From the NCBI GenBank assembly GCA_001784115.1, contig MFPD01000009.1:7520-71519 (forward strand): a DNA stretch of 64,000 bases. Direction: 5' to 3'. Of this stretch, positions 37,474-47,373 are shown in pieces (within the stretch, counting starts at the first letter, position 1; each line of letters begins with the position of its first letter). The notes beneath the pieces were generated by a model. It searched no databases, had not been told where the DNA came from, and saw only the letters and a program-made list of their open reading frames with translations. The DNA is from Candidatus Levybacteria bacterium RIFCSPLOWO2_02_FULL_37_18 (GTDB taxonomy: Bacteria > Patescibacteriota > Microgenomatia > Levybacterales > UBA12049). Position numbers and translations under genes: made by a program.

Positions 37474-38526
37474 CTAGGCAATAATATATTTTGTGCCTTT
37501 GGTGACGCCGTGTTTTTTAATAATCCCTGCTTCTAACAAAGGCTTCAGCTCATTTAAAATAGTATCCTCAGAAATCATCGGAAACAGACTTTCAAATGCC
37601 TGGTTTTGTAAATAACCTGTTTTTTGAATATATTCAATAATTTTCAACTGGCGCTCACTCAACAGTATCGGCTTACCGCCCAGCTTTTCTTTAATCTTGG
37701 CATCAATTGATATTTTTTCTACCTTTTCTTTGATCTTAGACAGCTCAATACACAGCCCTTCGGTAAAATATTCCAGCCACTGCGTTAAGTCCCATTCTCT
37801 TTTATCTACACTTTGCAAGGCTTCATAATATCTATCGGCATTAGTATCAAAATGTTCTTCCAAAGAAAAGAACTTTCTAATATCATACCCCTCTTTAAAC
37901 AAAATTAGAGTCGATAGCGCCCGTGCTACCCTGCCATTTCCATCTAAAAAAGGGTGAATTCTCACCAATTCGTAATGAACAACACCTGACTTCAAAACTG
38001 GATGTATATCTTGACTTTCTAAGCTGTTTATAAATACCAATAAACTCTTTATTTGCACATGAATAGAGGCAGCAACAGGAGGCCTAAAAGAAACCTCCCC
38101 GGTTCGGCTATTTTTAACTACCACCTGGGTAGTTCTATAAACTCCGCTTTTATCCTCTCCTAAAATCTTATCAACTGTTATTTTATGAAGAGTTTTTATC
38201 GTCCCCTCATCAACTGTGAACTGTGAACTGTCAACTATGAACTTACTTATATAATCAATTACCTTTCTATAATTAATTACTTCCTGAATATCTCTATCCC
38301 TGGCTACCACTTCCTGCCCCATTAAAACTTTTTCTGCCTGAGAAAGATTTAGTTCATTTCCCTCAATATGAGTTCCATGATGAACAGTACGCACCATAGC
38401 ATCTTTACGGAATTCTTTTTCGTAGTAAGGCAGAAGCGGAGCGTGATCAATAACTTCCTTACAAGCCTCAATAATGCCGATATTTTTAAGAATTTTGTTG
38501 GTGATGGTGAATTTGGGAACGTACAT
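37474..38526 (-). CDS. fic: Fic/Doc-family protein (putative AMPylator) with a C-terminal winged-helix domain and one in-frame GTGAAC-word insertion
   Basis: Fic motif HPFLDGNGRVARAL. VDSSQFTVDEG is encoded by 38215-38250. Confidence 0.75.
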   Translation of the reverse strand: MYVPKFTITNKILKNIGIIEACKEVIDHAPLLPYYEKEFRKDAMVRTVHHGTHIEGNELNLSQAEKVLMGQEVVARDRDIQEVINYRKVIDYISKFIVDSSQFTVDEGTIKTLHKITVDKILGEDKSGVYRTTQVVVKNSRTGEVSFRPPVAASIHVQIKSLLVFINSLESQDIHPVLKSGVVHYELVRIHPFLDGNGRVARALSTLILFKEGYDIRKFFSLEEHFDTNADRYYEALQSVDKREWDLTQWLEYFTEGLCIELSKIKEKVEKISIDAKIKEKLGGKPILLSERQLKIIEYIQKTGYLQNQAFESLFPMISEDTILNELKPLLEAGIIKKHGVTKGTKYIIA

Positions 38527-38575
38527 CTTGTATCAACTGCTTCACTTTTGAACTGTTCTGTAGTATTATACAGCT

Positions 38576-38848
38576 ATGGCTAAAAAACCGCAAAAAAAAC
38601 AGGAGAATAAACAGCTACACGTTGAGGTCATTAAGCAGATGGTCACACTCTCTACCTCTGGTTTTGGTTTAGTAGCAGCTTTGGCTTGGAATAGCGTTAT
38701 CCAGGAATTTATCAATGAATATATCAAGAAATTCCTTCCTCAAGGCAGCGGAATTATTTCGCTTTTAATGTATGCTCTTGCTGTTACTATTTTAGCTGTA
38801 TTTGTAACTTACCAGTTAGGTCAAATAATTGATACAGAAAAAAAATAA
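38576..38848 (+). CDS. small two-TM membrane protein, hypothetical
   Basis: 90 aa with a Lys-rich N-terminus. Confidence 0.4.
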   Translation: MAKKPQKKQENKQLHVEVIKQMVTLSTSGFGLVAALAWNSVIQEFINEYIKKFLPQGSGIISLLMYALAVTILAVFVTYQLGQIIDTEKK

Positions 38849-39042
38849 ATAAAATATGGTGTTTTTGAGAGAACATTTTAGAAGAGGGCTACATTTTGTT
38901 CCAAAAACAATTACAAAAGAACCAGAAGCTGCCAGAAGCGGGGACGGAGATACTGTAATATTTGTACCTCAAAACGTAGGAGAAGCCTATCAGACAGTAG
39001 AACAAGGGTATAAAAATCAATTTTTCATCACTTCCTAAATTT

Positions 39043-39171
39043 TCATTTTTTCGAAGACCTTTTGCGGGTAGCCCAAGAGACATAGATCAGTACTGCGGCA
39101 CTAATGATCATCAATGATGTTGCAATTGATGCTAAATCAACTCCTTTTAACCATAATTGTGCATCACTCAT
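39043..39171 (-). CDS. unannotated 42-aa single-TM membrane peptide preceded by a strong Shine-Dalgarno sequence
   Basis: GGAGG four nt upstream of the ATG. Encodes MSDAQLWLKGVDLASIATSLMIISAAVLIYVSWATRKRSSKK. Confidence 0.4.
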   Translation of the reverse strand: MSDAQLWLKGVDLASIATSLMIISAAVLIYVSWATRKRSSKK

Positions 39172-39360
39172 TTTTCCTCCTTAAAAAAATATAATGATAT
39201 AACTAATGCACTTACCATATTACCTATAAACTCATTACAGTCAAGAGATCAAGGTCTGAAGATAATTTTGGAACAACAAAAAGCCCAATAAACCACGCAA
39301 CCGCAATATTATTAAAGAATGTAGAAAGCGCTTTCTCTTGATCTGAATTGAGAAAAAATC

Positions 39361-40389
39361 TCATTGAATAATAATCAACTCTTTCAAAACCTTCGGAATC
39401 TCGTCGCAGAGATCAGAAGCATTAAAATAGGGACCGACTTTTCTAAACAAGTTGTCTCCGGCTTTTTTGTTGATAAAACTCCCTGCCTTGGCAGCCAAAA
39501 ATACATCATTTTTACAACTCAAGGCTGCAACAAGACCAGCGAGTACATCTCCCGTACCTCCTTTGGTCATCCCCGCATTCCCCCCTGCTACTTCTACACA
39601 CTCCGTTGGCGAACATACAACATCCTTTTCCCCTTTGAATAAAATCACGCAATTATATTCTCTTGCTACTCTACTTACGATGTCGTTGCGAGAGCGGACT
39701 GAACGAAGTGAAGGAGCTCGCCTGCTTGACAGGCATGTGGGCGAGGCAATCTCTTTTTTGTCATTCCGAACTTGATTCAGAATCTCCTGAGATTGCTTCG
39801 CCAAGTACCGTATGGTACCTGGCTTCGCGGAGTTTACACTGAGCTTGTCGAACGTGCTCGCAATGACAATGTCGAACAAGTTCTCAAACTCTTTATCATG
39901 AGGAGTAACAATGGCATTTCCATGCAACTGTTTTAGCCACTCAGGATCCATAGTCTGAAGTGAACCCGCATCGATAACCCATTTTTTATTGGGAAATTTT
40001 TCAAGAAGTCTGTGGGTCAATTCTCTGGTTGGTTCTTCATCTTGGCTTTTTCCATCTTCTCTTGTAAGTCCGGGACCAATTAAAACCGCGTCAGATTGTT
40101 TTATGTATTCTTCAACATTTTCTCTCGGAACTACAATGCAATCAAAAAACTGTTCTTTGAGTTTTTGAGCAATTGCATTATTTTCCTCAACTGATGAATA
40201 AAAAACCATGTCAACAATTCGGGAAGCTATTTTCAATGCCCATAATGATGCCCCGTGGAATAAGTGAGAACCGCCTATAATTGTCAGCTTACCACTCATC
40301 CCCTTGTGAGAATCAGGAGGCGGAATATAGAGATTCTTTAATTCTTCTGGATTAAACTGTTTCGTATGAAATTTAATTTTTAGATTCAT
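39361..40389 (-). CDS. nnr: NAD(P)H-hydrate dehydratase (YjeF C-terminal / Nnr2 family) with a ~190-bp in-frame composite repeat insertion
   Basis: GGTGDVLAGLVAALS motif. The insert ...AKPGTIRYLAKQSQEILNQVRNDKKEIASPTCLSSRRAPSLRSVRSRNDIVSR is encoded by 39682-39869. Confidence 0.7.
   Translation of the reverse strand: MNLKIKFHTKQFNPEELKNLYIPPPDSHKGMSGKLTIIGGSHLFHGASLWALKIASRIVDMVFYSSVEENNAIAQKLKEQFFDCIVVPRENVEEYIKQSDAVLIGPGLTREDGKSQDEEPTRELTHRLLEKFPNKKWVIDAGSLQTMDPEWLKQLHGNAIVTPHDKEFENLFDIVIASTFDKLSVNSAKPGTIRYLAKQSQEILNQVRNDKKEIASPTCLSSRRAPSLRSVRSRNDIVSRVAREYNCVILFKGEKDVVCSPTECVEVAGGNAGMTKGGTGDVLAGLVAALSCKNDVFLAAKAGSFINKKAGDNLFRKVGPYFNASDLCDEIPKVLKELIIIQ
39682..39869. repeat. composite GTCAT-family, CCTGCTTGACAGGCA-palindrome and GTCATTCCGAACTTGATTCAGAATC element, in-frame inside nnr
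   Basis: Termini tgtcgttgcgag...ctcgcaatgaca with nested hairpins. Confidence 0.7.
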
Positions 40390-40461
40390 TGCTACATTGC
40401 TCTATTGCTACATTGCTAAAAACTATCAAACAATTTAACAATCTAACAATGAAACAATTGG

Positions 40462-41544
40462 TTATTCTTTTATCAATTCTATCACACTCATTTGTTTTTT
40501 AATTTTTTGCGGAATAAATTCCTCATGGGTGGTTGTGAGAATTGTTTGTTGCTTACCCAGCAAATTCAAAACATGAATAATGTGCTCCTCATCCAATTCC
40601 GAAAATATATCATCAAGTAAAAAAAGGGGGGGTTGTTCTAAAGATTTTTCTACAAACAACAATTGCAACAGTTTTAACTGCAACACAACCAACCGCTGCT
40701 GGCCTCTTGAGCCGAATGTTTTGACTTCGTGAGTTGTTTGCCTGGAGTTGTTGTACAAACAAACCGTAAAATCATCTCTATGCGGTCCGACCAATGTCAC
40801 TCCTGCTCCCTCCTCTGCTTTTTTATATTGCTCCAGGCGATCATGCGAAATTATACTCTTGTCATACAATAAAGCACAATCAAACACTTCTTTTGTCTCG
40901 TTATTTAAAAATCGAATACATGCTTCTCTTTTTTTTGTAATAATCTGCCCGTTTTGAATAAGCAGATTATCCCAGTATTCAAACTGTTTTTCCTGATACT
41001 TACCGGTTTGCCTAACCAACTCAAGCAACGCATTTCTTTGTCTTAAAGCTTTTGCATACGAAATACCCGCTAATCTATAATCTCTATCTGTTTGTTCAAG
41101 TACGTTATCTAAAAACTCTCTTCTGATTCCCGGTGAACCGGAAATAATCTCTAAATCTAAAGGAGAAAACAAAACTGTTACTAAATTACCCGCAAAATCA
41201 ACTCGCCTTTTTGGAACTTTATTAACCAAAAACTTTTTTGACGGCTGCCTGCCTTCAAACTCCCCACTTGAAATAACTACTTCAAGGTTGATTTCATTAT
41301 TGGTCCCGATTGAATCGGGATTGGTACTAGCAGAGGCGCGTCCAACCTGTTTTTCAAACATAATCATGTCTGTATCTTTTTGCGTTTTAAAACTTTTTCC
41401 GGTGGATAATAAAAAAATAGCTTCAATAAGATTTGATTTACCGGATGTATTGGGACCGATGATAACTGTAGTATTCTCAGAAAAAGTGAACTCAGATTTC
41501 GAATAGCTTCTGAAGTTTTGGAGAAAAAGATGGCCAAGTATCAT
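40462..41544 (-). CDS. recF: DNA replication and repair protein RecF
   Basis: MILGHLFLQNFRSY start, Walker A GPNTSGKSNLIEAI, C-terminal LLDDIFSELD. The track ORF runs to 41580; the internal start at 41544 is preferred. Confidence 0.8.
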   Translation of the reverse strand: MILGHLFLQNFRSYSKSEFTFSENTTVIIGPNTSGKSNLIEAIFLLSTGKSFKTQKDTDMIMFEKQVGRASASTNPDSIGTNNEINLEVVISSGEFEGRQPSKKFLVNKVPKRRVDFAGNLVTVLFSPLDLEIISGSPGIRREFLDNVLEQTDRDYRLAGISYAKALRQRNALLELVRQTGKYQEKQFEYWDNLLIQNGQIITKKREACIRFLNNETKEVFDCALLYDKSIISHDRLEQYKKAEEGAGVTLVGPHRDDFTVCLYNNSRQTTHEVKTFGSRGQQRLVVLQLKLLQLLFVEKSLEQPPLFLLDDIFSELDEEHIIHVLNLLGKQQTILTTTHEEFIPQKIKKQMSVIELIKE

Positions 41545-41669
41545 GTAAATCCGAAATTCTAATATCGAAATTTGAAACAAATTCTAAATTCGAGTATCCA
41601 AATATTTAAAAATGTTTTGTATCTTTGTCATTTGATATTGTTTCGTATTTCGGATTTTGTGCTTCGAGT

Positions 41670-42377
41670 TTATTCAATGACCGTCCCTACAAACTCCTGA
41701 TCATGAAAGAACTTAAAGATATTATCCAAGTTTTTGCCATTTAAAACCGCTACTTTAAGTCCCAATTCCTGAGCTTTTTTTGCCGCAATCGGATCAAATG
41801 GCACATTCATGCCGGGATCCCATGTATCTCCTACAATCTTTCTAAAGTCAACCCAGGAAATTTTATCAATTGGTTTTGCGTCGGAAAACTCCCCTGGATC
41901 TTTATCAAAAACCTGGTCAATGTTGCTTAAATTTACGATCTTTTTAACTCCATAATCTTCTGCTAAGAGTACCGCGCAGTAATCTGTTGACCATCCCGGT
42001 TTCCATCCGGCAGCCACCACAACCTGCTCTGTAACTTTTCGGATAATTTCATAATGTTTTAAAATAAATGGATGTGCTATGTCTTTAAAAATAGTCCTGA
42101 CAAGCTGAGCGTTTAAACGGGTTGCATGAATCCCGAGCCAATCCAAGTCATCGGCAGAAAGCGCGTGTCCCAAAACTGTTTCTCCCGCATCTCTATATTT
42201 TCGAGCAGTTGATCCCCCTCCCACGACTAAAAAAAACTGACGTCCTTTATGGTACGTCAGTTGGTTTTTCACAAACCCGTTAAGGTTAATAAGAAAGTCT
42301 GTATCAATCCCGTCATTAGGAACAATTAAAGATCCTCCTACGGAAATAATAACCTTATCCGGATATGTGGTACCCAT
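41670..42377 (-). CDS. pyrH: UMP kinase (amino-acid-kinase family). The internal start MGTTYP is preferred over the track start at 42641.
   Basis: VIISVGGS and FFLVVGGGSTARKY motifs; ~235 aa from the internal start. Confidence 0.55.
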   Translation of the reverse strand: MGTTYPDKVIISVGGSLIVPNDGIDTDFLINLNGFVKNQLTYHKGRQFFLVVGGGSTARKYRDAGETVLGHALSADDLDWLGIHATRLNAQLVRTIFKDIAHPFILKHYEIIRKVTEQVVVAAGWKPGWSTDYCAVLLAEDYGVKKIVNLSNIDQVFDKDPGEFSDAKPIDKISWVDFRKIVGDTWDPGMNVPFDPIAAKKAQELGLKVAVLNGKNLDNIFKFFHDQEFVGTVIE

Positions 42378-42419
42378 TACGTGTAATAGTATCACACAAC
42401 CTGACAAAAAAACAACAAA

Positions 42420-43274
42420 ATGGTAATTTTGCATTTTGGCACGGTTTTGTGTATTATTGCCCTCGTGGTCGCCGAAACAAAGACTAATCAACCTCCTTCT
42501 GTGACAACTCAAGGCCATGAGATGCTTGCTGCATTCCGCAATGGAATTGCAGATGGTACAATAACAGTTCCACCAGGTCTTACACGTACAAAAGCAGAAT
42601 TTCTTATCTTCTCTCTTTCCCTGCTGCAAACACAAGAACATGGCTTATTGCCTCCAAAACCCAAACTCAGAAGTCCCAATGAATATTTGGAAGAAATATA
42701 CCGGCTTAGAATGGACTATATTGATAGTATGGAACGACCATACATGCATTCCCTTTCCACGAAAGCAGATCAAGCGATTGCTTTCTACGTGGAAAAATTT
42801 GGCGCGTTGCAAAAAGCAACAGCGGAAAAAATTCGCTCTGACCCGCAGGCAATTCACCAACCTTCGGGGACTATTACAATAACAATTCCGGCAGGCTCAG
42901 ATGAATCTCTTGATATCGAGCTTTCCACTGCGGAAAATAAAGACAAGGTTACCGTCTTCTATCACAAACGACAGAAAAATTACGCCGGTATTGTCGATCT
43001 AATTGATCACGTTTCCATAGACGCAGCAGGCTCAGCTTTTATAAAACGGGTATTTTGGGATATTCCGTCTGGAAGATTTATTCCAACAGCAGGATATCTT
43101 CCGCGAAATGATAACGACCACAGGGCTATGACGGAAAAAGAAGCTATGTATACAGAAAACCTTTTTCTTTTTTACCTTGCAAACAGGCAGAAAAATCCTT
43201 ATGCTCCAAGAAAAGATGATTGGGCTATTCCCGACACCTGGATCAAAAGCAGGAACTCCTCACGCCGATTTTGA
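42420..43274 (+). CDS. hypothetical signal-anchored secreted protein (284 aa)
   Basis: N-terminal hydrophobic segment, no motif; divergent from pyrH. Confidence 0.4.
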   Translation: MVILHFGTVLCIIALVVAETKTNQPPSVTTQGHEMLAAFRNGIADGTITVPPGLTRTKAEFLIFSLSLLQTQEHGLLPPKPKLRSPNEYLEEIYRLRMDYIDSMERPYMHSLSTKADQAIAFYVEKFGALQKATAEKIRSDPQAIHQPSGTITITIPAGSDESLDIELSTAENKDKVTVFYHKRQKNYAGIVDLIDHVSIDAAGSAFIKRVFWDIPSGRFIPTAGYLPRNDNDHRAMTEKEAMYTENLFLFYLANRQKNPYAPRKDDWAIPDTWIKSRNSSRRF

Positions 43275-44435
43275 TTCAATAAAATTTTTAATTTCCTTCT
43301 TAAACCGCTCTTTGGAGAATTTTTGAGCTTGTTTTTTGCATGCAGCAGTCATGCTTCGATGATTCGAATCATCGAAGTGTTTGATTGCGCTGATCAAACT
43401 TTCCTCCGTGAGCTCGTCAAAAAACACTCCTGTCTTATCCTCTACTACCGACTCCAAAAGCCCACCTCCTCTGTACGCAATCACAGGAGTACCCACACTC
43501 ATTGCTTCAACCGGCGTAATACCAAAATCTTCATCAGTCGCAGCAAAAATATACGCTTTCGAGTTTTTCATAAGCTCAAACTTCTCTTCATCCGTTACCT
43601 CCCCAAGAAACTCGATATTGTCCAAACGAAGTCGAGAAGTGTCATTCTGAACTTGTTTCAGAATCTGCTCGTATCCAGCGAATCCTTTTCCAAAAATTTT
43701 TAAAGGAACACCTAATTCGCCACAGGCTTTTATAATTAGGTCAATATGTTTCGGCCGCGCCAACCTACCGCCGGCGAGAAAATAGGCATTAGGTATTAGG
43801 TATTTCGTATTAGGTATTTTTTTGTTCTTTTCCTTAATACTTAATACTTTATACTTAATACTTTCCGTGTCGACTGGCGGATATATTACTGTCGAATCAC
43901 GGTTATAGAGCTTTTTTATCCGTGACGCTACCTCCCTCGAGTTGGCGATAAAATAATCTACATTTTCACTGCTCTCAACATCAACTCTCCGTAAAAATTG
44001 ATTAAGAACCGTTCCCAGTATGTTAAATAGCGGGTTTTTCTTCCATTCTCTGGCAGTTTCATATCCATATAAATACCTCGGCGGCGTATGACAATAGCAG
44101 GCCTGCAGAGCAAACTTCTTGTCAATCATATTAGGAGAATAAGCTCCTGTGGCTGAAACTATTACAACGTCATATTCGGAAAAGTCAAAGGATTTAAAAA
44201 GTAAGGGACTTAAGAGACGCAAGGGACTTATCAATTTGTGTCTAAATGGAACCCATCTTGCCCAACTCTCCCTTATCTCCCAATTCTTGAACCTTTCTCT
44301 ATGCGGCCCTAAAAACTGAGGTAAATATACAGTTGTGTAAACCGGCGCATCGGGATACAATTCATGCAATACCTCCAACACCCTTTCTGCGCCCCCGTAC
44401 TCTTTGATGTAGTCGTGAACTAAAGCTATTCTCAT
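43260..44435 (-). CDS. GT4-family glycosyltransferase with two in-frame repeat insertions
   Basis: EDFGITPVEAMSVGTPVIAYRGGG, the GT4 EX7E region. ESIKYKVLSIKEKNKKIPNTKYLIPNA is encoded by the TAGGTATT/AATACTTA palindrome at 43780-43870. QILKQVQND is encoded by 43641-43667. Start at MRIALVHDY. Confidence 0.7.
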   Translation of the reverse strand: MRIALVHDYIKEYGGAERVLEVLHELYPDAPVYTTVYLPQFLGPHRERFKNWEIRESWARWVPFRHKLISPLRLLSPLLFKSFDFSEYDVVIVSATGAYSPNMIDKKFALQACYCHTPPRYLYGYETAREWKKNPLFNILGTVLNQFLRRVDVESSENVDYFIANSREVASRIKKLYNRDSTVIYPPVDTESIKYKVLSIKEKNKKIPNTKYLIPNAYFLAGGRLARPKHIDLIIKACGELGVPLKIFGKGFAGYEQILKQVQNDTSRLRLDNIEFLGEVTDEEKFELMKNSKAYIFAATDEDFGITPVEAMSVGTPVIAYRGGGLLESVVEDKTGVFFDELTEESLISAIKHFDDSNHRSMTAACKKQAQKFSKERFKKEIKNFIESKSA

Positions 44436-45163
44436 AAACTGTTTACAAACTCTGTAACTTCTCTCGAAAGAACTTCGACATCTACCTTCGACCAATTATG
44501 ACCTCCGGGCATGATTTTGAGTTGCGCTTTTGGATTCAGTTTAACAATTTTCTCCCCCACTTCTTTTGGCACTAAAACATCATCTTTTCCTTCAAGCACA
44601 AGAATTGGCATTGAGAGCTTCTCTATTATTTTTGACAGATTTATTTTTAGCATAAACCGAACTTCTCTGAATAGTAAGTGAGGATAGAAAAGGATATGAA
44701 AGGTAAAATCAATTGCAATTCTTCTTAAAGACTTTACCGGGTACCTATTCCTACCTACCAAAAGAGTTAATACATGCCGAAACCATGTGATCAGCCAGAC
44801 AAAATTGGATCTTCCAAAATCAATTCCAATAGTATCGATTAGCACAAGCGCTTTTACTTTTTTTGGATAATAATAGGCAAGTCCGGCTGCCACAATCCCT
44901 GAAAACGAATGTCCTAAAACGACTGCGGAAGAAACCTTTTGGGCATCCATAAATTGAGCAAGGGTATCACTCGAAGCCTTTAAATCGTCAACGCCTTGTA
45001 TGTATGGAGCTAAAACATGAAAATGGCTGCTCAATTCTTGAATGCTGTCTTTGTAAGTAAACGGGCTCACTCCCCAACCATGAATAAACAAAAACGGCTC
45101 TTTGCTGGAATCACCGTACTCAGCGTACACAAACTTTCTCCCTTTGTACTCAATAGTTTTCAC
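44432..45163 (-). CDS. alpha/beta-hydrolase fold protein
   Basis: GHSFSG nucleophile elbow, 243 aa. Confidence 0.65.
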   Translation of the reverse strand: MKTIEYKGRKFVYAEYGDSSKEPFLFIHGWGVSPFTYKDSIQELSSHFHVLAPYIQGVDDLKASSDTLAQFMDAQKVSSAVVLGHSFSGIVAAGLAYYYPKKVKALVLIDTIGIDFGRSNFVWLITWFRHVLTLLVGRNRYPVKSLRRIAIDFTFHILFYPHLLFREVRFMLKINLSKIIEKLSMPILVLEGKDDVLVPKEVGEKIVKLNPKAQLKIMPGGHNWSKVDVEVLSREVTEFVNSL

Positions 45164-45240
45164 CTCGTTTGATTATACGTTCTTTGTTTTATTTTTACTA
45201 TTCGTAGAAACTGCAAAATATTGTTATTACTGAGCCTAAA

Positions 45241-46311
45241 TTACAATAACCCCAACTGTTTATCCTCCGAAGCCTTCGGCGAAGGAGGACTCTTCTCTTG
45301 TTTCTTGTTACTTGTCTCTTGCTGCTTTGAAACTCGTTTCAAAAGGCTATTGAATCCCAATTCCTCAAAAAACTCCTTTGCCTTATTTACGTCAAAACCT
45401 TTTATATTACACTTTTCTATATCTAACCGAATAGGGGCATCGCAGACAACAGTGGCTAGTTTTTTAGCTAAACTTGCTTGCTCTGTATCGGTTGCCAAAC
45501 GCTCTGAAATTTTGGGAGGCAGTTCTCCTAAGTTTTTATACAGATTTTCAAATGTTTTATATTTCTTAAGCAAATTACTTGCAGTCTTTGGCCCAATGCC
45601 AGCAACCCCAGGATAATTATCCGAAGCATCCCCTACTAGTGCTTTGTAATCTACAATCTGCGAAGGTTTAACTCCATACTTCTCCTCCACCTTCTGCTCA
45701 TCATACAAAACAGTATTTGTTAATCCTACTATTGGCGCTAACACTCGAACATGAGAGTTAACTAGTTGCAACAAATCCCGATCCCCTGAGACAATAATCA
45801 CCTCCAGAGGACTGAGGACAGAGGATGGAAAACTGATAGCAGATAAAACAGAAGAAACAGAATCTGTCTTATCTGTAATTTCTGTTTTTCCGCTGTCTGT
45901 CCTGCCTGCCGGCAGGCAGGTCTTCTGTATTCTGTATTCTGTATTCTGAAAAGCCTGAAAAGCTAATGTCCCAATCAAATCATCCGCCTCATACCCGTCT
46001 AATTCAAAAATCGAAACCCCCATTTTTTCTAAGGCATCGTGAACCAAAATAATCTGGGGCACAAAATCATCTGCCAGTTTTGGCCTGGTTGCGTGATACC
46101 CAACGTACATTTCTTGCCGAAATGTTGGTTTTGCCCTGTCAAAACACACGGCAATGTGCGCTGGTTTTAAGTCTTCGATAATTTTTAAAAACATGGAGAA
46201 AAACCCATAGACGGCGCTTACTACTTCTCCAGATGAACTGGTTAGAGGAGGCAAGGCATGATACGCCCTGTGAAGTATTGCGTTGCCGTCAATTAATATA
46301 AATCTTTCCAT
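45241..46311 (-). CDS. 5'-3' exonuclease (Pol I N-terminal / FEN-like domain only) with a ~130-bp in-frame CAGAATACAGAA / CCTGCCTGCCGGCAGGCAGG insertion
   Basis: MERFILIDGNAILHRAYHAL, ...GYEADDLIGTLA, VSGDRDLLQL. The insert NTEYRIQKTCLPAGRTDSGKTEITDKTDSVSSVLSAISFPSSVLSP is encoded by 45810-45960. The C-terminus ASEDKQLGLL derives from the hairpin cctccgaagccttcggcgaaggagg. Confidence 0.75.
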   Translation of the reverse strand: MERFILIDGNAILHRAYHALPPLTSSSGEVVSAVYGFFSMFLKIIEDLKPAHIAVCFDRAKPTFRQEMYVGYHATRPKLADDFVPQIILVHDALEKMGVSIFELDGYEADDLIGTLAFQAFQNTEYRIQKTCLPAGRTDSGKTEITDKTDSVSSVLSAISFPSSVLSPLEVIIVSGDRDLLQLVNSHVRVLAPIVGLTNTVLYDEQKVEEKYGVKPSQIVDYKALVGDASDNYPGVAGIGPKTASNLLKKYKTFENLYKNLGELPPKISERLATDTEQASLAKKLATVVCDAPIRLDIEKCNIKGFDVNKAKEFFEELGFNSLLKRVSKQQETSNKKQEKSPPSPKASEDKQLGLL

Positions 46312-46547
46312 AAAAGTAAAAGTAATTGTTAAACTGTTTCCGCCTGTCCCGTACATTCGCCCCTTAAGTAGTCGGCGAGGAAATTATATCAGATTTCATA
46401 ATCTATATTCCCCCGAGGAGATCAAAAACGAAATATTGAGCTTTTATCTTGTGGGATAATAGGTCGGATTGCCTTCTTGGATACCTTGGCTTGAATTATA
46501 AGGAGCTTCCTTTTTGATATGAAGATACTGCACCTGCCTGACATAAT

Positions 46548-47258
46548 TTAAAACATAGCTCCCAAAGTAAAGATTTGGTAAAAAATAGTGTATAAAGCTA
46601 CAAGTGCAATCAGGGCAATTTTAATATTTTTATGATTCATGGAAATCCAAAAACTCGGATACGAATCATAGATTCCAACAAAATATAAAGAAGATGCCAA
46701 GTTAAGTCGATGCCAGTCTCTAATAAGCTCGTACATACTTTCCGGATATTTGCCGCTAAATAGTACGACAAACGAACTTCCCGCTACTCCTATAAATGTT
46801 ACATATTCAATAATCGTCATGTAGAAATAAAACGGAATAAGGAGTATAAGCCTTGCAAATCCTCCAAAAAGAGGTACTGCAAATAATCTATTGGGAGTTT
46901 CTGGCTTTGGGATATCAAGGGTAAAATCTCCATTTGTAGAAAGGTCAAATCCCGGATATGTATTGGTAAGTCCGAAAAAATACAAAGAAATTTTCATGCT
47001 CATAACTTGAACACCCACAACAAGAGAATATGCAGTGTTCCAATATTTCCCTGAAAACAAAACTACAAAGGGATTTATGATAAATACCACAATGAGAAGC
47101 GCAATTCCCAAGAAAAAAAGCATAATGTATTGCGGAATGCAAATAAAAAACTTAATCAAAAACCCAAGTATTGGAATTGCGTAGATGCGATTGGGGTTTT
47201 GAATATAAACAACAGAGAACGAAGGATACAGATCAGAAGGAAGCTTCATTAATTTCAT
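46548..47258 (-). CDS. polytopic membrane protein with duplicated FSGKY(P/W) motifs (DUF4389-like)
   Basis: Two internal repeats, VVLFSGKYWNTAYSLVVG and VVLFSGKYPESMYELIRD. Confidence 0.45.
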   Translation of the reverse strand: MKLMKLPSDLYPSFSVVYIQNPNRIYAIPILGFLIKFFICIPQYIMLFFLGIALLIVVFIINPFVVLFSGKYWNTAYSLVVGVQVMSMKISLYFFGLTNTYPGFDLSTNGDFTLDIPKPETPNRLFAVPLFGGFARLILLIPFYFYMTIIEYVTFIGVAGSSFVVLFSGKYPESMYELIRDWHRLNLASSLYFVGIYDSYPSFWISMNHKNIKIALIALVALYTIFYQIFTLGAMF

Positions 47259-47373
47259 TAATTTTAATTAAAAATTATTCTTCTCCATCTGTCAAGATGT
47301 AAATCTCGAGTCTGGTGCAAAACTCGTGGCGATGACAGATGTATGTCAGGAGTGTAAACAGTTATGTCGAGCA

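Noticed and set aside
41670-42641. Track start codon at 42641 for the pyrH ORF, giving an 88-aa Cys-rich N-terminal extension
   Set aside because: The extension has no homology and would overlap the divergent promoter region. The internal MGTTYP start gives a normal-length UMP kinase.
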